Shown here piece by piece: positions 36,801 through 37,267 of a DNA stretch of 37,267 bases. Position 1 is the stretch's first letter. The number at the start of each line of letters is the position of its first letter. The notes beneath the pieces are model-generated. The model was not told the origin of the DNA and did no database searches. It was given only the letters and a program-made list of their open reading frames with translations. The DNA lies in IMG/VR virus record IMGVR_UViG_3300037847_002157, positions 1 through 37,267 of that record; one strand, written 5' to 3'. Source of the DNA: a virus (taxonomy: Duplodnaviria; Caudoviricetes). Made by a program: the position numbers and the translations under genes.

Positions 36801-37267
36801 AACCCTGTATCTTGTGAGCCATTAATATATCCTGTTATTGATGTTCCATTAACAATAATTGCAATGTGTACCCAAGTTCCATCAGTTATGTTAGTTGTTC
36901 CTGTTTGTGTAAAAAATCCTGAACCACCTACACCTGTAACATCTCCACCATAATAATATACTTTGTTAGCATTTACACCAAAAGCAAGACCACCCCAAGA
37001 ACCACTTGAATCTAATCCATTATTGAAAAAAGTTACAGTACTTTGGTTATAGCTATCAGCGTATATAAAAGTAGAAAAACTATAAACAGAGGATTCAAAA
37101 ACATCGTTAGTAATATTAATTTCACTACTACTCCCATTAAATACTGCACCTCTATTTATATACCCACCTATTCTTTGTGCTGCTCCTGTACCTGTATAAA
37201 GAACTGTATTAAAATTCTCTGAAGCAAAAGTATTTGCTCCGCTACTAATAGGTCCAGAGTTAATTAG
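33857..37267 (-). CDS. Tail fibre / receptor-binding protein, copy B; two LamG-like domains plus two YTG-rich repeat domains; 5'-partial
   Basis: Frame is open from the window end (LINSGPISSGANTFASENFNTVLYTG...) through track ORF 33857..36802; about 1136 aa. Confidence 0.85.
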   Translation of the reverse strand, partial: LINSGPISSGANTFASENFNTVLYTGTGAAQRIGGYINRGAVFNGSSSEINITNDVFESSVYSFSTFIYADSYNQSTVTFFNNGLDSSGSWGGLAFGVNANKVYYYGGDVTGVGGSGFFTQTGTTNITDGTWVHIAIIVNGTSITGYINGSQDTGLSRTLGANVVYRGQHLQTLGNRRGSFGTYGHFNGKMDQFRFFNKALSTSEITTLNGETFASTTISTTDIFNDNSGVALYQLDGNANDTGGASGKYGSAAIFNGSNSKINLGTSSTWANNQLSFAFWYKPTAAPSGATYEVLFSNYTTSFANGFFNVSRNTDYSLEIGLYAGSGWFYRKTSANAVVLNEWRHVTITLDNTQSALADKVKFYINGSSFTHNDNTNSGTPSGNFLNNSNSFYIGHWDHATGYNDAAHYDDLRIYTDVLTATEVGYIYNNTTASIPTDNLKAYYKLNGDARDEQQLYDGAATNVTYDYDGTPSNVTYQEATKFQPDLVWIKGRSFTIDHAAFDSVRGVQKYISPSTTGAEGTYSTVLTSFDSNGFTVGNNAGVNQSSQTYVAWCFNAGSGSETSGTGTGSITNVAYKANTDSGFSIVKYTGSGSNGTVTHGLSNPPTLIIVKRRTTTGGNWSVYTSTTGNTKYLKLHSSDAAKTPSQDGYGSGTFWNETDPTSSVFSLGTIGDTNSSGDDFIAYCFHDVAGYQKIGTYQGTGNSEGNFVETGFEPAFLMIKSSSNAEPWFLLDNKRDVANPRDNRLMADSSAAEDDGSVHSVDFLSNGFKLNGTLGDGTNGNGVDYIYLAIAADPDTTTPTVENSFDVVTYTGTNAAQDIEMDFKPDLLWIKHRNQSNISSPLFDTIRGSSQVIRPDGTNADTTFTSNVITSFNDNGFSLSSDAEWWVNRSGGEYVAWAWKAGDHDDNLPQINTEGSSGGSTLESIVSVNDAAGFSIVKYTGTGSDATIGHGLSNPPQIIFVKRLDTSAEWVVGETVANDFTKVLRLDTDAQSSTATYFNSTDPTSTVFSVRGASGATGGAGNFIAYCWYSVTGHSEIGTYDGNGSTTGPIVTFAGSGFEPRFLMVKRTDADARWVIWDSQRDTSNTRTKGLSPNLSSAEITGFDVDFLSNGFQLKDAESTLNASGGTYIYMAFK

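Noticed and set aside
33857-37267. Invertible fibre switch (Gin/Cin or shufflon)
   Set aside because: Both copies have the same orientation and no site-specific recombinase was seen.
1-37267. Alternative genetic code, tRNAs, integrase, DNA methyltransferase
   Set aside because: Standard code gives dense, coupled ORFs, and none of these elements could be recognised by eye.

Overview
Near-complete genome of an AT-rich tailed dsDNA phage (siphovirus-like), most likely infecting Bacteroidota/Flavobacteriia: TAnnTTTG -7 promoter boxes are present and Shine-Dalgarno sites are not evident. Every credible gene is on the minus strand. In transcription order (right to left): LamG-type tail fibre (33.9-37.3 kb, cut by the window edge); lysis cluster (holin-like proteins, M15 endolysin, lipoprotein, a 26-aa CDGSH micro-protein); ERF, SSB, HTH protein, primase-helicase, RusA, sigma-like factor, PD-(D/E)XK nucleases, DnaA-C-like protein; TerS, ParB-like, TerL; a compositionally distinct 'early' module with a GP88-like Fe-S protein (19.3-21.4 kb); tail genes starting with a -1 frameshifting chaperone; protease, scaffold, capsid, tail tube, portal; and a second copy or allele of the tail fibre running off the left edge. 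I saw no integrase, DNA polymerase, reverse transcriptase, tRNA or CRISPR array. Best leads: (1) two fibre genes with conserved scaffold blocks around unrelated LamG cores; (2) one motif, CCAAnTGnCA(ATnTGnCA), shared by two origin-like AT-rich loci and several promoters; (3) two parallel candidate sRNAs antisense to ATG-AAA start regions; (4) the CDGSH micro-protein; (5) CCGG enrichment that disappears in the fibre module. Family calls come from motif recognition by eye, not database searches, and counts are by hand.
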